This document shows, one piece after another, positions 53,911 to 63,061 of a DNA stretch of 64,000 nucleotides. The position numbers and the translations under genes are program-made. The notes beneath the pieces were generated by a model. That model saw only the letters and a list, made by a program, of their open reading frames with translations, ran no database searches and was not told where the DNA came from. This DNA comes from Candidatus Rariloculaceae bacterium. Its GTDB lineage: Bacteria > Pseudomonadota > Gammaproteobacteria > Steroidobacterales > Rariloculaceae. Position 1 is the first letter of the stretch. Every line of letters starts with the position of its first letter. The stretch spans positions 3,072,205 to 3,136,204 of the forward strand of contig OZ241971.1 in the NCBI GenBank assembly GCA_965204155.1, given 5' to 3'.

Positions 53911-55074
53911 TCAGAATGCGTTCACGCCGGTGAGCGCCTGGCCCACGACCAACTGGTGCACCGTCTCCGTGCCTTCGTAGGTATTCACGGTTTCAAGGTT
54001 GAGCATATGGCGCATGGCCGTGTACTCGACGGTGATTCCGCTGCCGCCGAGAATATCCCGGCTGTCGCGGGCGATCTCCAGCGCCGCGCGGACGTTATGC
54101 CACTTGGCGAGGGAAACCTGCGCCGGTTGCATCCGGCCGGCGTCCTTGAGTTGACCGAGCCTGTACGCGAGCAATTGGGCGGTCGCGATCCTGCGAGCCA
54201 TCTCGGCGAGGCGAATCTGTATCGACTGCGTGTGCGACAGCGGGCGGTCGAAAAGGACCCTGTCGTCGGCATAGCCGAGCACTTCCTTGAAGCAGGCCTG
54301 CGCGGCCCCGACAGCGCCCCAGCATATTCCGAACCGCGCCTGGGACAGGCAGCTCAGCGGGTACCTGAGTCCCACCGCGTCGGGAAGAACGCTTTCGGCG
54401 GGGACCCGAACATTGTCGAAGAACAGCGCCGAGGTGATCGACGCCCGCATCGAGAACTTGCGCTCGATATCGGTTGCCTCGAACCCCCGCATGCCCGGCT
54501 CCACGAGGAAACCGCGGATGCCCTCGTCGGTCATCGCCCACACCAGCGCAACGTCGGCGACCGTTCCGTTGGTGATCCACATCTTGGAACCGTTGAGAAT
54601 CCAGTCGTCGCCGTCCCGCTTCGCGCGCGTCTTCATGTTGCCCGGGTCGGAGCCGCCGTGGGCTTCGGTCAGGCCGAAGCATCCGAGCGCTTCGCCGCGC
54701 GCCATCGCCGGCAGCCAGCGTTCCTTCTGCCGGTCCGAGCCGTAGCGGTGGATCGGAAACATGGTCAACGAACTCTGTACCGAGACGAAGCTTCGCAGGC
54801 CGCTGTCGCCGCGCTCCAGTTCCCGGCAGATCAGCCCGTAACAGATACTGTTCAGGCCTGCGCCGCCGTATCCGTGCAGCGTCGAGCCGAACAACCCGAG
54901 ACTGGCCATCTCGGGGATCAACTCGGAGGGGAACCGGTGTTCCTCAAAGCACTCCCCGATGATCGGCAGCACCTTGTCGGACACGAATCGGGCCACGCTG
55001 TCCCTGACGAGCACTTCGTCGTCCGCCAACAGCGCGTCGACGTCCAGCAGATCCATGGAATTCAACCTAGCCAC
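53911..55074 (-). CDS. gcdH: Glutaryl-CoA dehydrogenase
   Basis: Acyl-CoA dehydrogenase fold with a GcdH-typical C-terminus ILGGSGITVEYTAMRHMLNLETVNTYEGTETVHQLVVGQALTGVNAF. I prefer the GTG at 55074 (GGGAGA 5 nt upstream) as the start. Alternatives are the ATG at 55056 or the track start at 55140. Confidence 0.88.
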   Translation of the reverse strand: MARLNSMDLLDVDALLADDEVLVRDSVARFVSDKVLPIIGECFEEHRFPSELIPEMASLGLFGSTLHGYGGAGLNSICYGLICRELERGDSGLRSFVSVQSSLTMFPIHRYGSDRQKERWLPAMARGEALGCFGLTEAHGGSDPGNMKTRAKRDGDDWILNGSKMWITNGTVADVALVWAMTDEGIRGFLVEPGMRGFEATDIERKFSMRASITSALFFDNVRVPAESVLPDAVGLRYPLSCLSQARFGICWGAVGAAQACFKEVLGYADDRVLFDRPLSHTQSIQIRLAEMARRIATAQLLAYRLGQLKDAGRMQPAQVSLAKWHNVRAALEIARDSRDILGGSGITVEYTAMRHMLNLETVNTYEGTETVHQLVVGQALTGVNAF

Positions 55075-55299
55075 TACTTTCTCCCTTGCGGCGTGTTTGC
55101 CAGCGCGGACCGTTCCGCGGACGCTCCGGGCAAGGGGCACTGCGCTCTAGTCGCCACCCGATTTCCAGGTACCGTTCGCGGTGGCTACTATAATCGAGGT
55201 GGCGCCATGGATGTGCGGACTGTTGCAACCGTTGCGCCAATGGAATATATGAGTGTAGTCAGTTTTGGTGCCCGGGCGATTACGGTTGATGGAGAAGTG

Positions 55300-56946
55300 A
55301 TGTACAAGACCAAACTACCGAACAACATGTTCATGACTCGCCGAAGTTTTTGTGAGACCGGTCTGACTGCGTTGACGGGCCTGATGGCGGGAGCACCGGC
55401 GCTGCGTGCGGTGGCGCAGGAGACGCGCCTTTCCAGCCCGGGCGGTACGGCGCAGACCGAGGCCGGCAGCGTTCGCGGCCTGCTGAGGAACGGTGTGCAC
55501 CAATTCTGGGGAATTCCCTACGGTGCACCGACGGGAGGGGCGAACCGCTTCATGCCGCCGCAGAAGCCTGCGCCGTGGGATGGTGTAAGGGACTGCTTCC
55601 AGCTTGGCGAACGGGCCCTGATGCAGCCCGGCGGCAGCGAGCCCGCGGCGGTGGTGCGGGCGCTCAATCGCAACAGTCTGCAGGGCGAGGACTGCCTGAA
55701 CGTGAACCTGTTCACTCCGGGCCTCGACGGCGCGGCACGGCCGGTCATGGTCTGGCTGCACGGCGGCGGCTTTTCCGCCGGTTCCGGAAACTACCTGCTC
55801 TACAACGGCACGAACCTGGCGAAGAAAGAGGACGTGGTGGTGGTCGTCGTCAACCACCGGCTCAACGTTCACGGATTCCTGCATCTGGCGGATATTGGCG
55901 GCGAGAAGTGGGCCCGGTCCACCAACGTCGGCATGCAGGACCAGATCGCGACGCTGGAATGGATCAGGAACAACATCGAGAATTTCGGGGGCGATCCGGA
56001 TCGGGTCACGATCTTTGGCCAGTCGGGCGGCGGAGGAAAGGTGACCACGCTGATGGCCATGCCGTCGGCTCAGGGCCTGTTTCACCGCGCCGTCGCCCAG
56101 AGCGGGTTTGCCCTCAGGGGTACGCCTTCGGCGGATGCGAATGAGGCTGCGGAGCGATTTCTGGCCAAGCTCGGAATTGCCCCCGGCGACCTCGATCGCC
56201 TGCAGGAATTGACCGTGCAGCAGATTCAGGACGCCATTTACAGCGAACCCGAGCTTCCGGGACTGGGCAGGGGTCCGGTGATCGACGGTACCTTCATTCC
56301 GGGCCACCAATGGGATCCTGCGGCGCCGTCCTGGTCGGCGGACGTGCCGCTCATGGTCGGTTCAACCGAAACGGAGGACGGCTGGATCGGCCCGCCGCCG
56401 TTTGAGCTGCCGGACGACGAAATGCTGGACCTGTTCACCACGCAATTGGCCCACGGTAACCCCGACGACGCACGGGAGTTGCTCGACCTCTATCGGCGGC
56501 TTCACCCGGACAAGCGCAACCGCATGCTCTGGTTGACGGCGGAGTCGGACAACGCACGACGCTGGAATGCGCAAACCCTGAGCAAATTGAAGTTCGAACA
56601 AGGCGCTGCGCCGAGCTACCTGTACTTTTTTGACTGGTATTCGCAGGTCCATGACAACCGCATGGGTTCGTACCATACTCTGGACATTCCCTTCATCTTC
56701 TACAATCTGGACATTGCGGCCTCCATGACCGGTGCGGAACATTCCAGGTACGAACTCGGCCATGTAATGAGTGCTGCCTGGGCCGCCTTTGCGCGGACCG
56801 GCAATCCGGACCACGCGGACATGCCTCACTGGCCCGCGTTCAATCCGGACGCTTACCCGACCATGATGTTCGGCGAGGAGGTCAGGGTCACCGACGATCC
56901 CAACCGGGAAGAGCGCCTGGCGCTTGCGAGGTTGAGAAGAACGTAG
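55300..56946 (+). CDS. Secreted (Tat-type signal) type-B carboxylesterase/lipase
   Basis: This is the 3' third of the artefactual 996-aa ORF 53956..56946. The real start is the ATG at 55300 (GGAGAA upstream) or at 55327. Twin-arginine TRRSFCETGL...ALRAVAQ. Motifs WGIPYGAP, VWLHGGGFSAGSG, and IFGQSGGGGKV (GxSxG). Confidence 0.85.
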   Translation: MYKTKLPNNMFMTRRSFCETGLTALTGLMAGAPALRAVAQETRLSSPGGTAQTEAGSVRGLLRNGVHQFWGIPYGAPTGGANRFMPPQKPAPWDGVRDCFQLGERALMQPGGSEPAAVVRALNRNSLQGEDCLNVNLFTPGLDGAARPVMVWLHGGGFSAGSGNYLLYNGTNLAKKEDVVVVVVNHRLNVHGFLHLADIGGEKWARSTNVGMQDQIATLEWIRNNIENFGGDPDRVTIFGQSGGGGKVTTLMAMPSAQGLFHRAVAQSGFALRGTPSADANEAAERFLAKLGIAPGDLDRLQELTVQQIQDAIYSEPELPGLGRGPVIDGTFIPGHQWDPAAPSWSADVPLMVGSTETEDGWIGPPPFELPDDEMLDLFTTQLAHGNPDDARELLDLYRRLHPDKRNRMLWLTAESDNARRWNAQTLSKLKFEQGAAPSYLYFFDWYSQVHDNRMGSYHTLDIPFIFYNLDIAASMTGAEHSRYELGHVMSAAWAAFARTGNPDHADMPHWPAFNPDAYPTMMFGEEVRVTDDPNREERLALARLRRT

Positions 56947-57016
56947 CAGAAACAGGGGCGTTCGCCGGCACTCGCCGGAGGTGCCACTGAAAGCAGACAC
57001 GCAGGGAGAAATCGGC

Positions 57017-59155
57017 ATGACCGATGCTGGGAGAATTCCGACAGGTGGATTGGGCGCCGGACGCACGGTGGGTGCGGTCGGCGCGCTTGCGTGCCTTCTG
57101 ACGGTGCAACCGGTTCAGGGGCAGTGGGTGGGTCCCAGCTTCACCCACGATCAGGCCACCAGCGGCCGGGCGGCGTACGAGACCGGGTGCGCATCGTGCC
57201 ATGGCGATATCCTGGATGGTGGAGAACTCGGCCCGCCCCTGCGAGGGCGTCTCTTCCTTCAGCAATGGGGCGGCAAGTCGGTCGCAGGATTGTTCGCCGA
57301 AATCGTCGCAACCAAGCCGAGCGCGGCGCCGGGAACGCTGGGCGACACGGTCTACGCTGATTTGATGGCCTACATTCTGCAGGAAAATGGCGTACGTCCC
57401 AGCGCGGGCGCATTGCCGACGGACGTGCAGGCGCTCAGTTCGCTTCTGGTGCCCAGCTACGGACGGACCGCCAGTGGCGGGCTACCGGGCGGCGTTTCCC
57501 TGCCGCCGCCGCCCGAGCCGAGTCCAAATCCCCTGGAAGACATCACCCCGGTGACCGACGAGATGTTGGCGGACCCCCCCGCGGGGGATTGGCTGACGTG
57601 GCGCCGCACGCAAGACGCCTTCGGTTTCAGCCCGCTGGACGACATCGACAGGAACAACGTCGGCGACCTTCGCGTGGCGTGGAGTTGGTCGCTGCCCCCC
57701 GGATCGGCCGAGGTGGCGCCGCTGGTTCATGACGGCGTCATGTTCGTTCACGGTCACGGCGACATCGTTCAGGCGCTGGATGCGGCCACGGGCGACATGC
57801 TGTGGCAATACTCCCACTGGGCCCGAGGCGGCAGGTCACCGAGTGTGAAACGCAGCATCGCCCTCGGCGGCGACTTGCTGTATCTGCCGACTTCCGACGG
57901 GCGGATCGTAGCCCTGGACGTCAGAACAGGCGATGTCGTCTGGGATCAACAGATCGGCGACGACGAGCGCTACGCCATGACCTCGGGTCCCCTGGTCGCC
58001 CAGGGCAAGGTGATGATCGGCACGACCGGGCGCGCGCCCGGCGGCAATTACGTCGTGGGGCTGGATGCGGCCACGGGCGAGGAGATGTGGCGCTGGTGGA
58101 CGATCGCCCGCCCGGGGGAGCCGGGTGGCGAGTCCTGGAACGGTCTGTTGCTGGAGGAGCGCAACGGCGGATCGATCTGGGTTCCGGGTACCTACGATGC
58201 CGAACTCGGACTGGCCTATTTCGGCGTGGCGCAAACCTACGATACCGGACCCCTGCTCGAACCGCTCAGGGGTCCTGGCGTTACCAGCGATGCCTTGTTT
58301 ACCAACACCACCGCGGCGCTGGACCCGGATACCGGGGAACTGGTCTGGTACTACCAGCACCTCCCCAATGACCAATGGGACCTGGATTGGATTTTCGGCC
58401 GCCAGGTAATGACGATGCCGGTGGACGGCGTGGAAAAGAAGGTGGTCGCTGCGGCGGGCAAGGTGGCCATCTACGATTTTCTCGAGGCGGATACGGGCGC
58501 CTATGTGGACTCGCTGGATCTCGGGTTGCAGGACCTGATCACGGCGATCGACCCTGAGACGGGCGCCAAGACCATCGATCCGGCGATGATGCCCGGCCCG
58601 AACCACGTCGTTACGGTCTGCCCCCATGCGGGTGGCGCCAAGAACTGGATTCCGGGTTCATATGACTCGGCGTCCAGTACGATGTTTCTTCCGCTGACGG
58701 AGTTCTGCATGGATCTCACGCCGGGACCGGAAGGGACGGTCACCAGCCTGTCGTCAGGCGTGAACTGGACCGTCAGACCACGGGCGGACAGCGACGGCAA
58801 CTACGGGCGACTGCAAGCGGTGAACTTCGAGACCGGGGAGGTGCTGTGGACGTATCGGCAGCGCACGCCCTGGATGAGCGGCGTGCTGGCGACTGCCGGC
58901 GGCCTCGTGTTCGGGGGCGACGTGGAGCGCTATTTCACGGCCTTCGATACGGACAGCGGCGAGCAGTTGTGGCAGGTCCGGCTCAGCGATGTGCCCAATA
59001 GCCCGCCCATCAGCTACATGGCCAACGGCAGGCAATACGTGGCGCTGACGGCGGGCCACGGTGGCGGTATCTCGGTGGATCGCACGCCGCTGATTCCGGA
59101 GGTCAAGCTGCCTTCAAGTTCCGGACCGGTGGTGTGGGCGTTCGAATTGCGGTAG
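57017..59155 (+). CDS. PQQ-dependent dehydrogenase-like beta-propeller with N-terminal c-type cytochrome domain (quinohemoprotein)
   Basis: ORF 56981..59155, trimmed to the ATG at 57017 (GGGAGA 7 nt upstream). CASCHG heme motif. DWLTWRRTQDAFGFSPLDDIDRNNVGDLRVAWSW and repeated W-motif blades. Confidence 0.82.
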   Translation: MTDAGRIPTGGLGAGRTVGAVGALACLLTVQPVQGQWVGPSFTHDQATSGRAAYETGCASCHGDILDGGELGPPLRGRLFLQQWGGKSVAGLFAEIVATKPSAAPGTLGDTVYADLMAYILQENGVRPSAGALPTDVQALSSLLVPSYGRTASGGLPGGVSLPPPPEPSPNPLEDITPVTDEMLADPPAGDWLTWRRTQDAFGFSPLDDIDRNNVGDLRVAWSWSLPPGSAEVAPLVHDGVMFVHGHGDIVQALDAATGDMLWQYSHWARGGRSPSVKRSIALGGDLLYLPTSDGRIVALDVRTGDVVWDQQIGDDERYAMTSGPLVAQGKVMIGTTGRAPGGNYVVGLDAATGEEMWRWWTIARPGEPGGESWNGLLLEERNGGSIWVPGTYDAELGLAYFGVAQTYDTGPLLEPLRGPGVTSDALFTNTTAALDPDTGELVWYYQHLPNDQWDLDWIFGRQVMTMPVDGVEKKVVAAAGKVAIYDFLEADTGAYVDSLDLGLQDLITAIDPETGAKTIDPAMMPGPNHVVTVCPHAGGAKNWIPGSYDSASSTMFLPLTEFCMDLTPGPEGTVTSLSSGVNWTVRPRADSDGNYGRLQAVNFETGEVLWTYRQRTPWMSGVLATAGGLVFGGDVERYFTAFDTDSGEQLWQVRLSDVPNSPPISYMANGRQYVALTAGHGGGISVDRTPLIPEVKLPSSSGPVVWAFELR

Positions 59156-59213
59156 CAGGCGTCCAGGATACCGGTGTTCCGGACGTGCCCTGACAAACTC
59201 GGGAAAATGTTAT

Positions 59214-60059
59214 CTAAAGGTCCAGCTGGTTCCGCAGCAGGGGCCGAACATTGGCAATGTCCAGGCTGCCCAGGGTCGTTTCCGCCGGAGCGCCGGCGTC
59301 GATCCACCACCGGATGATCTCGGTCTCGATGTCGGTCAGCGGTGTCTTGCCTTCGGCGGGCATGAAGTCTTCGTGGTCGCGCGCCAGGGTGATGCGGTAA
59401 TAGAGTTCGCTGTCCTCGGCATTTCCCGGCGAGATCGCCGTCCCGATCTCGCCGCCGTCCAGTGTGGTCTCGTAGGTCGAAAGATCGAGCATGCCGCGCT
59501 GGCGCTCGGAATTGTGGCAACTGGAGCAGCGCGCCCGAAGCATGGGCCGAACCACATCCAGATAAGGGTCGGCCGCTGCCAGTTCGGTAACGGGCGGACG
59601 CCGCGGCTCCAGGCCCGCCAGCGCGCGAATCGGCCCCGGAGCGAATTCGGCGAGGAAGGCCGGGCCGTGGGTGAGGTTTCCGCCGTAGTGTCCTGCGACA
59701 AACAGCAGGACGACCAGGACCCCGGCGATGCCGTACTGCGCTCTGGCGTAGAGCGGTGTCAGCCACATCCGCAGCATCCAGGCCAGGGTGGCCAGCACGG
59801 CGACGCTGGTGCCGGCGATCATGTGAACTGTCGCTGACGTGCCGGCGAATCCGCCTTCGAAGTAGTGCATGTAGCCCAGCGCCACAGTGACAATGGAGGT
59901 CACCGCAGCGGCGGCCCAAAGGAAGGAACCGGCCGATACCGGGCGCTGCAAGGTCCGTCTGCGCGATGCGGCCTCCAGGGCGATCACCGCAAGAATGATT
60001 CCGATCGGCAGGTGCAGGACCAGCACGTGGAAACGACCAAAGAAGAACACCCAGTCCAT
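59214..60059 (-). CDS. Membrane protein (DUF2231-like 4-TM N-terminus) fused to periplasmic c-type cytochrome domain
   Basis: 281 aa. MDWVFFFGRFHVLVLHLPIGIIL..., then CSSCHNSERQRGMLDLSTYE...MPAEGKTPLTDIETEIIRWWIDAGAP (Planctomycete-cytochrome-C-like). Confidence 0.8.
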   Translation of the reverse strand: MDWVFFFGRFHVLVLHLPIGIILAVIALEAASRRRTLQRPVSAGSFLWAAAAVTSIVTVALGYMHYFEGGFAGTSATVHMIAGTSVAVLATLAWMLRMWLTPLYARAQYGIAGVLVVLLFVAGHYGGNLTHGPAFLAEFAPGPIRALAGLEPRRPPVTELAAADPYLDVVRPMLRARCSSCHNSERQRGMLDLSTYETTLDGGEIGTAISPGNAEDSELYYRITLARDHEDFMPAEGKTPLTDIETEIIRWWIDAGAPAETTLGSLDIANVRPLLRNQLDL

Positions 60060-60246
60060 AATCCCTCTTCTCGCTGCAACCGGGGAATCGTGTGGCCGTG
60101 GATTGCGTCCGAACGGAGACGTGCCCCTGATCCAGCGATTGCGTTGTGCCGTTGACCCGCATACGCTATCAGAAAAAGCCGGTCACCAATAATCCGGTCG
60201 TGCAGGCGCATGGAAGTCCCGAAAACCGAGTAGTGGAGAATCACTG

Positions 60247-62073
60247 ATGAAAGAGCCTCGGACAGGAATGGTCCTTGAGGGGATGTACAGGCTGATCGCC
60301 ATTGTATCGGTCATGTTTTTCGCGGCGTGCGGAGGGGGTGGAGAGTCTTCTCCGTCGCCATCGCTGGACCTGACGAACATCGACGCCGTCGTCGAACGCG
60401 GCGAAGAACTCTACATGGGTGACGGGGAGTGCTGGGACTGCCACGGCGCCAGCGGCGAGGGCACCGACACGGCGCCTTCAATCAATCACGCGCCAAGTGC
60501 GTTCGACATTCACTACATGCTCAACACCAATCCGGAGATGGCCGATGTGAGCGAACGGATGCAGGCCAGCCGCGAGGACATCGTCGCGATCGCAGCCTAT
60601 ACGCGTTCGTTCGCCGATCTGGATGTCACGGCCGAAGCAATCCGCGAACTCGTGGCTTCCATGGCCAGCGCCCGGGACTACGCGGAATACGCCAGCACGG
60701 ACGCGTTCGTCGTGACGGCGCGCGACCGGGCCGTGCAGGAAGTCGAGCGCTTCGACTCGGTGGTTGCCGACTGGGAGCGCAAGTCCAGGGAAGGCAATAT
60801 TCGCAGCGACTACACAATCCGCGTCGCGCGCACGTATGATCTCGGCGAGCCGAAGTTCGAACCCGAGCCGGGCAAGGTGTACTTCTACGAGAATACCGGG
60901 GCCGGCCAGCCGGGCGAGCTCGGATTTCCCAATATGGGTCGGTACGACGCCGGATCCGTGCAGATCGTCGTCGGCGATGCCGCCACCAAGGAAATCATCG
61001 CCTACCATACGTTTCCGCCGGAATTCCGCGCTTCCGTGCACTCCACTGCCGTCACGCCCGACGGACGCTACGTCTATATCACCGGGCCGCGGCCTTCCTA
61101 CGGCGACGCACCGGATCGCCCCGTGGGCGGGCTGGACACGCCGGCCACCATCATCAAGGCGGATGCGCTGACGTTGCAGCCGGTGGAACAGTTGATCGTT
61201 GGCGGCCGCATGCACCATGCGCAGATTTTCCAGGATCGGCTGATGCTGGTGGATACGTTTGCACGGGACGAGGACGGGCTGGATGTTTTCCTCATGGACC
61301 CCGCCACCGACGAAGTGATCGGTGGCGTACGCGACGAGGATCTGGGCGGGGTCTCGTATACGTCGTTCACCGACAACGAATACATCTACATCCTGATGCA
61401 GCCGGCGGGGTACGGTTCCAGTTCGATTTCCGGCTACCTGGTGGCCGGACGCTACAACCGGGGCGAATTCGCCGTATTGCGGCCGTTCTGGGTGGCCAAG
61501 GTCGACCCGGAGTCGTGGGAAGTGGTGCAGGAGTATCCCTATCCGGGGTTCCGCGCCAACTGGATCGTGCTCGATTCCGCCCGGGAGAACATGTACGTGC
61601 CGGTGGGCGGCAACTCCTATCTGAACAAGATCGACCTGGTGTCTGGTGAGATCGTCTGGACGGCGCCGACCGGCACCGGCCCCTACGGCGCCAGCCTGAC
61701 GGCGGACGAGTCGCAGATCTGGGTCGCGGACAAGGGCGAGACCACCGGCATGTTCGGCCGCACGATGACCGTCATCGACACCGGGAGGGGAAGGCAACTG
61801 GAGACCGTATTTTCCGGGTACCAGGTCGATCACGTGCTGCTGTCGCCGAACGGGCGCGAGATGTGGGGTACGAGCAATTCGGATGGCCGGATTTACGTGT
61901 TCGATGTCGAGACGCGGGAGCAGACCCACGTGATCGACATGCCGGGATTCGGCGATGCTCACGGGCTGGTCTTCGTCTGGTACGACGACGCAGGCGAACC
62001 CCACGTGGTGCGCGACCAGGGGGGCTTCCACAGCGGTATCAATCCGGCGCTGGGGAACGTGTTGGAATACTAG
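60247..62073 (+). CDS. Lipoprotein with N-terminal c-type cytochrome motif and YVTN/YncE-like beta-propeller
   Basis: 608 aa. Lipobox VMFFAAC, heme motif CWDCHGASGEG, and propeller repeats (YVYITGPR..., MYVPVGGNSYLNKIDLVSGEIVW, IWVADKGE, RIYVFDVETRE). GGAGA lies 8 nt upstream of the ATG. Confidence 0.8.
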   Translation: MKEPRTGMVLEGMYRLIAIVSVMFFAACGGGGESSPSPSLDLTNIDAVVERGEELYMGDGECWDCHGASGEGTDTAPSINHAPSAFDIHYMLNTNPEMADVSERMQASREDIVAIAAYTRSFADLDVTAEAIRELVASMASARDYAEYASTDAFVVTARDRAVQEVERFDSVVADWERKSREGNIRSDYTIRVARTYDLGEPKFEPEPGKVYFYENTGAGQPGELGFPNMGRYDAGSVQIVVGDAATKEIIAYHTFPPEFRASVHSTAVTPDGRYVYITGPRPSYGDAPDRPVGGLDTPATIIKADALTLQPVEQLIVGGRMHHAQIFQDRLMLVDTFARDEDGLDVFLMDPATDEVIGGVRDEDLGGVSYTSFTDNEYIYILMQPAGYGSSSISGYLVAGRYNRGEFAVLRPFWVAKVDPESWEVVQEYPYPGFRANWIVLDSARENMYVPVGGNSYLNKIDLVSGEIVWTAPTGTGPYGASLTADESQIWVADKGETTGMFGRTMTVIDTGRGRQLETVFSGYQVDHVLLSPNGREMWGTSNSDGRIYVFDVETREQTHVIDMPGFGDAHGLVFVWYDDAGEPHVVRDQGGFHSGINPALGNVLEY

Positions 62074-62102
62074 GGGAATCGGAAGCAAATCCAGGGAAAA
62101 TC

Positions 62103-63059
62103 ATGATCTGCGGGACGTTGACTGGAAGGTATTCGCGGGAAATCCGGGCGGCCGGATCGACCAGAAACCGGATCGCCGCCCGCGCCGTTCTGGCTCTCGT
62201 GCTGGCTGCTCCGGGCGCGGCGCTTGCACAAATGGACCTTGCCGGCGAATGGCGCAATACCGGCCAGCAGGACGTCCGCGACAACCCCCATATCGGCGAG
62301 ATCGTCGGGTTGCCGCTCAGCGAGGAGTCCATTCACCGTGCCGAGACCTATGACCAGTCGATCCTGTCGTTCCCGGAATGGCAGTGCCGGCCCCATTCGG
62401 CCGCGTACGTGAAGCGGGACCCCTCCAATCTGCGAATCTCGCGTATCACCGATCCGGCGAACCGCAATCTCATCGGTTACGAAATGGAGTGGTATCGCAA
62501 CGTAACGGTGCCGATCTACATGGACGGCCGCTCCCACCCGCCGGAAACGGCGCCGCATAGCTGGCTCGGCTTTTCCACCGCCACATGGGAAGGGGAGAAG
62601 CTGCGCATCACGACGACGCACATGAAGGAGAACTGGTACCGGCGCAACGGCCCGCCGCAGAGCGATACGTCGATGCTCACCGAGTACGTCATGCGGCGCC
62701 AGTTCCGCGGCCGGGATTATCTGACCTGGGTGATCATCGCCTACGACGACCACTACCTGACGGAACCGCTGATTCGCAGCACCGAGTACCAGGATGCGCT
62801 GAACCAGCAGATGACCGTCTATCCCTGCACGCCGGTGACGGAGGTGGTCTGGCCCGATGGCTACGTGCCCCACTTCCTGCCCGGTCAGAACGAGCACTTC
62901 ACCGACTTCGCCGAAGCCTACGGACTGCCCCCGGACATCATGTACGACGGCGCGCAGACCATGTACCCGGAATACCGCCTGAAGCTGGGCGACTACGCCA
63001 AGTCCACGTCGCGTACGATGGAGGCGAGTTCGGCCGAGTATGCCCGGTCCCGGAGGTGA
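62103..63059 (+). CDS. Secreted barrel-module protein (stand-alone, divergent), unknown function
   Basis: ORF 61863..63059, trimmed to the ATG at 62103. Signal peptide ...VLAAPGAALAQ. Motifs DLAGEW, WQCRPHSAAY...GFSTATWEGEKLRITTTHM...TVYPCTP. Confidence 0.75.
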   Translation: MICGTLTGRYSREIRAAGSTRNRIAARAVLALVLAAPGAALAQMDLAGEWRNTGQQDVRDNPHIGEIVGLPLSEESIHRAETYDQSILSFPEWQCRPHSAAYVKRDPSNLRISRITDPANRNLIGYEMEWYRNVTVPIYMDGRSHPPETAPHSWLGFSTATWEGEKLRITTTHMKENWYRRNGPPQSDTSMLTEYVMRRQFRGRDYLTWVIIAYDDHYLTEPLIRSTEYQDALNQQMTVYPCTPVTEVVWPDGYVPHFLPGQNEHFTDFAEAYGLPPDIMYDGAQTMYPEYRLKLGDYAKSTSRTMEASSAEYARSRR

Positions 63060-63061
63060 TC

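Noticed and set aside
53956-56946. 996-aa ORF on the plus strand, the longest single ORF in this part of the track
   Set aside because: It is chimeric. Its first ~450 codons are the antisense of the well-supported glutaryl-CoA dehydrogenase gene and are compositionally biased (R/G/A/P-rich, no motifs). Only the part from the ATG at 55300 onward (Tat signal, carboxylesterase motifs) is credible.
587-62088. Many long antisense or alternative-frame ORFs: 587..1918-, 946..1677+, 5989..7419-, 9995..11314+, 14612..15691+, 16393..17454-, 33836..34780-, 39676..41304+, 43208..44545-, 46389..48131+, 48270..49775-, 51257..52249-, 55315..56310-, 60478..62088-, 62070..63140-
   Set aside because: This is a typical high-GC artefact. 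Each overlaps a gene with clear family motifs on the other strand or frame. Their translations are Arg/Gly/Pro/Ala-rich with no recognisable domains, signal peptides or SD-supported starts.
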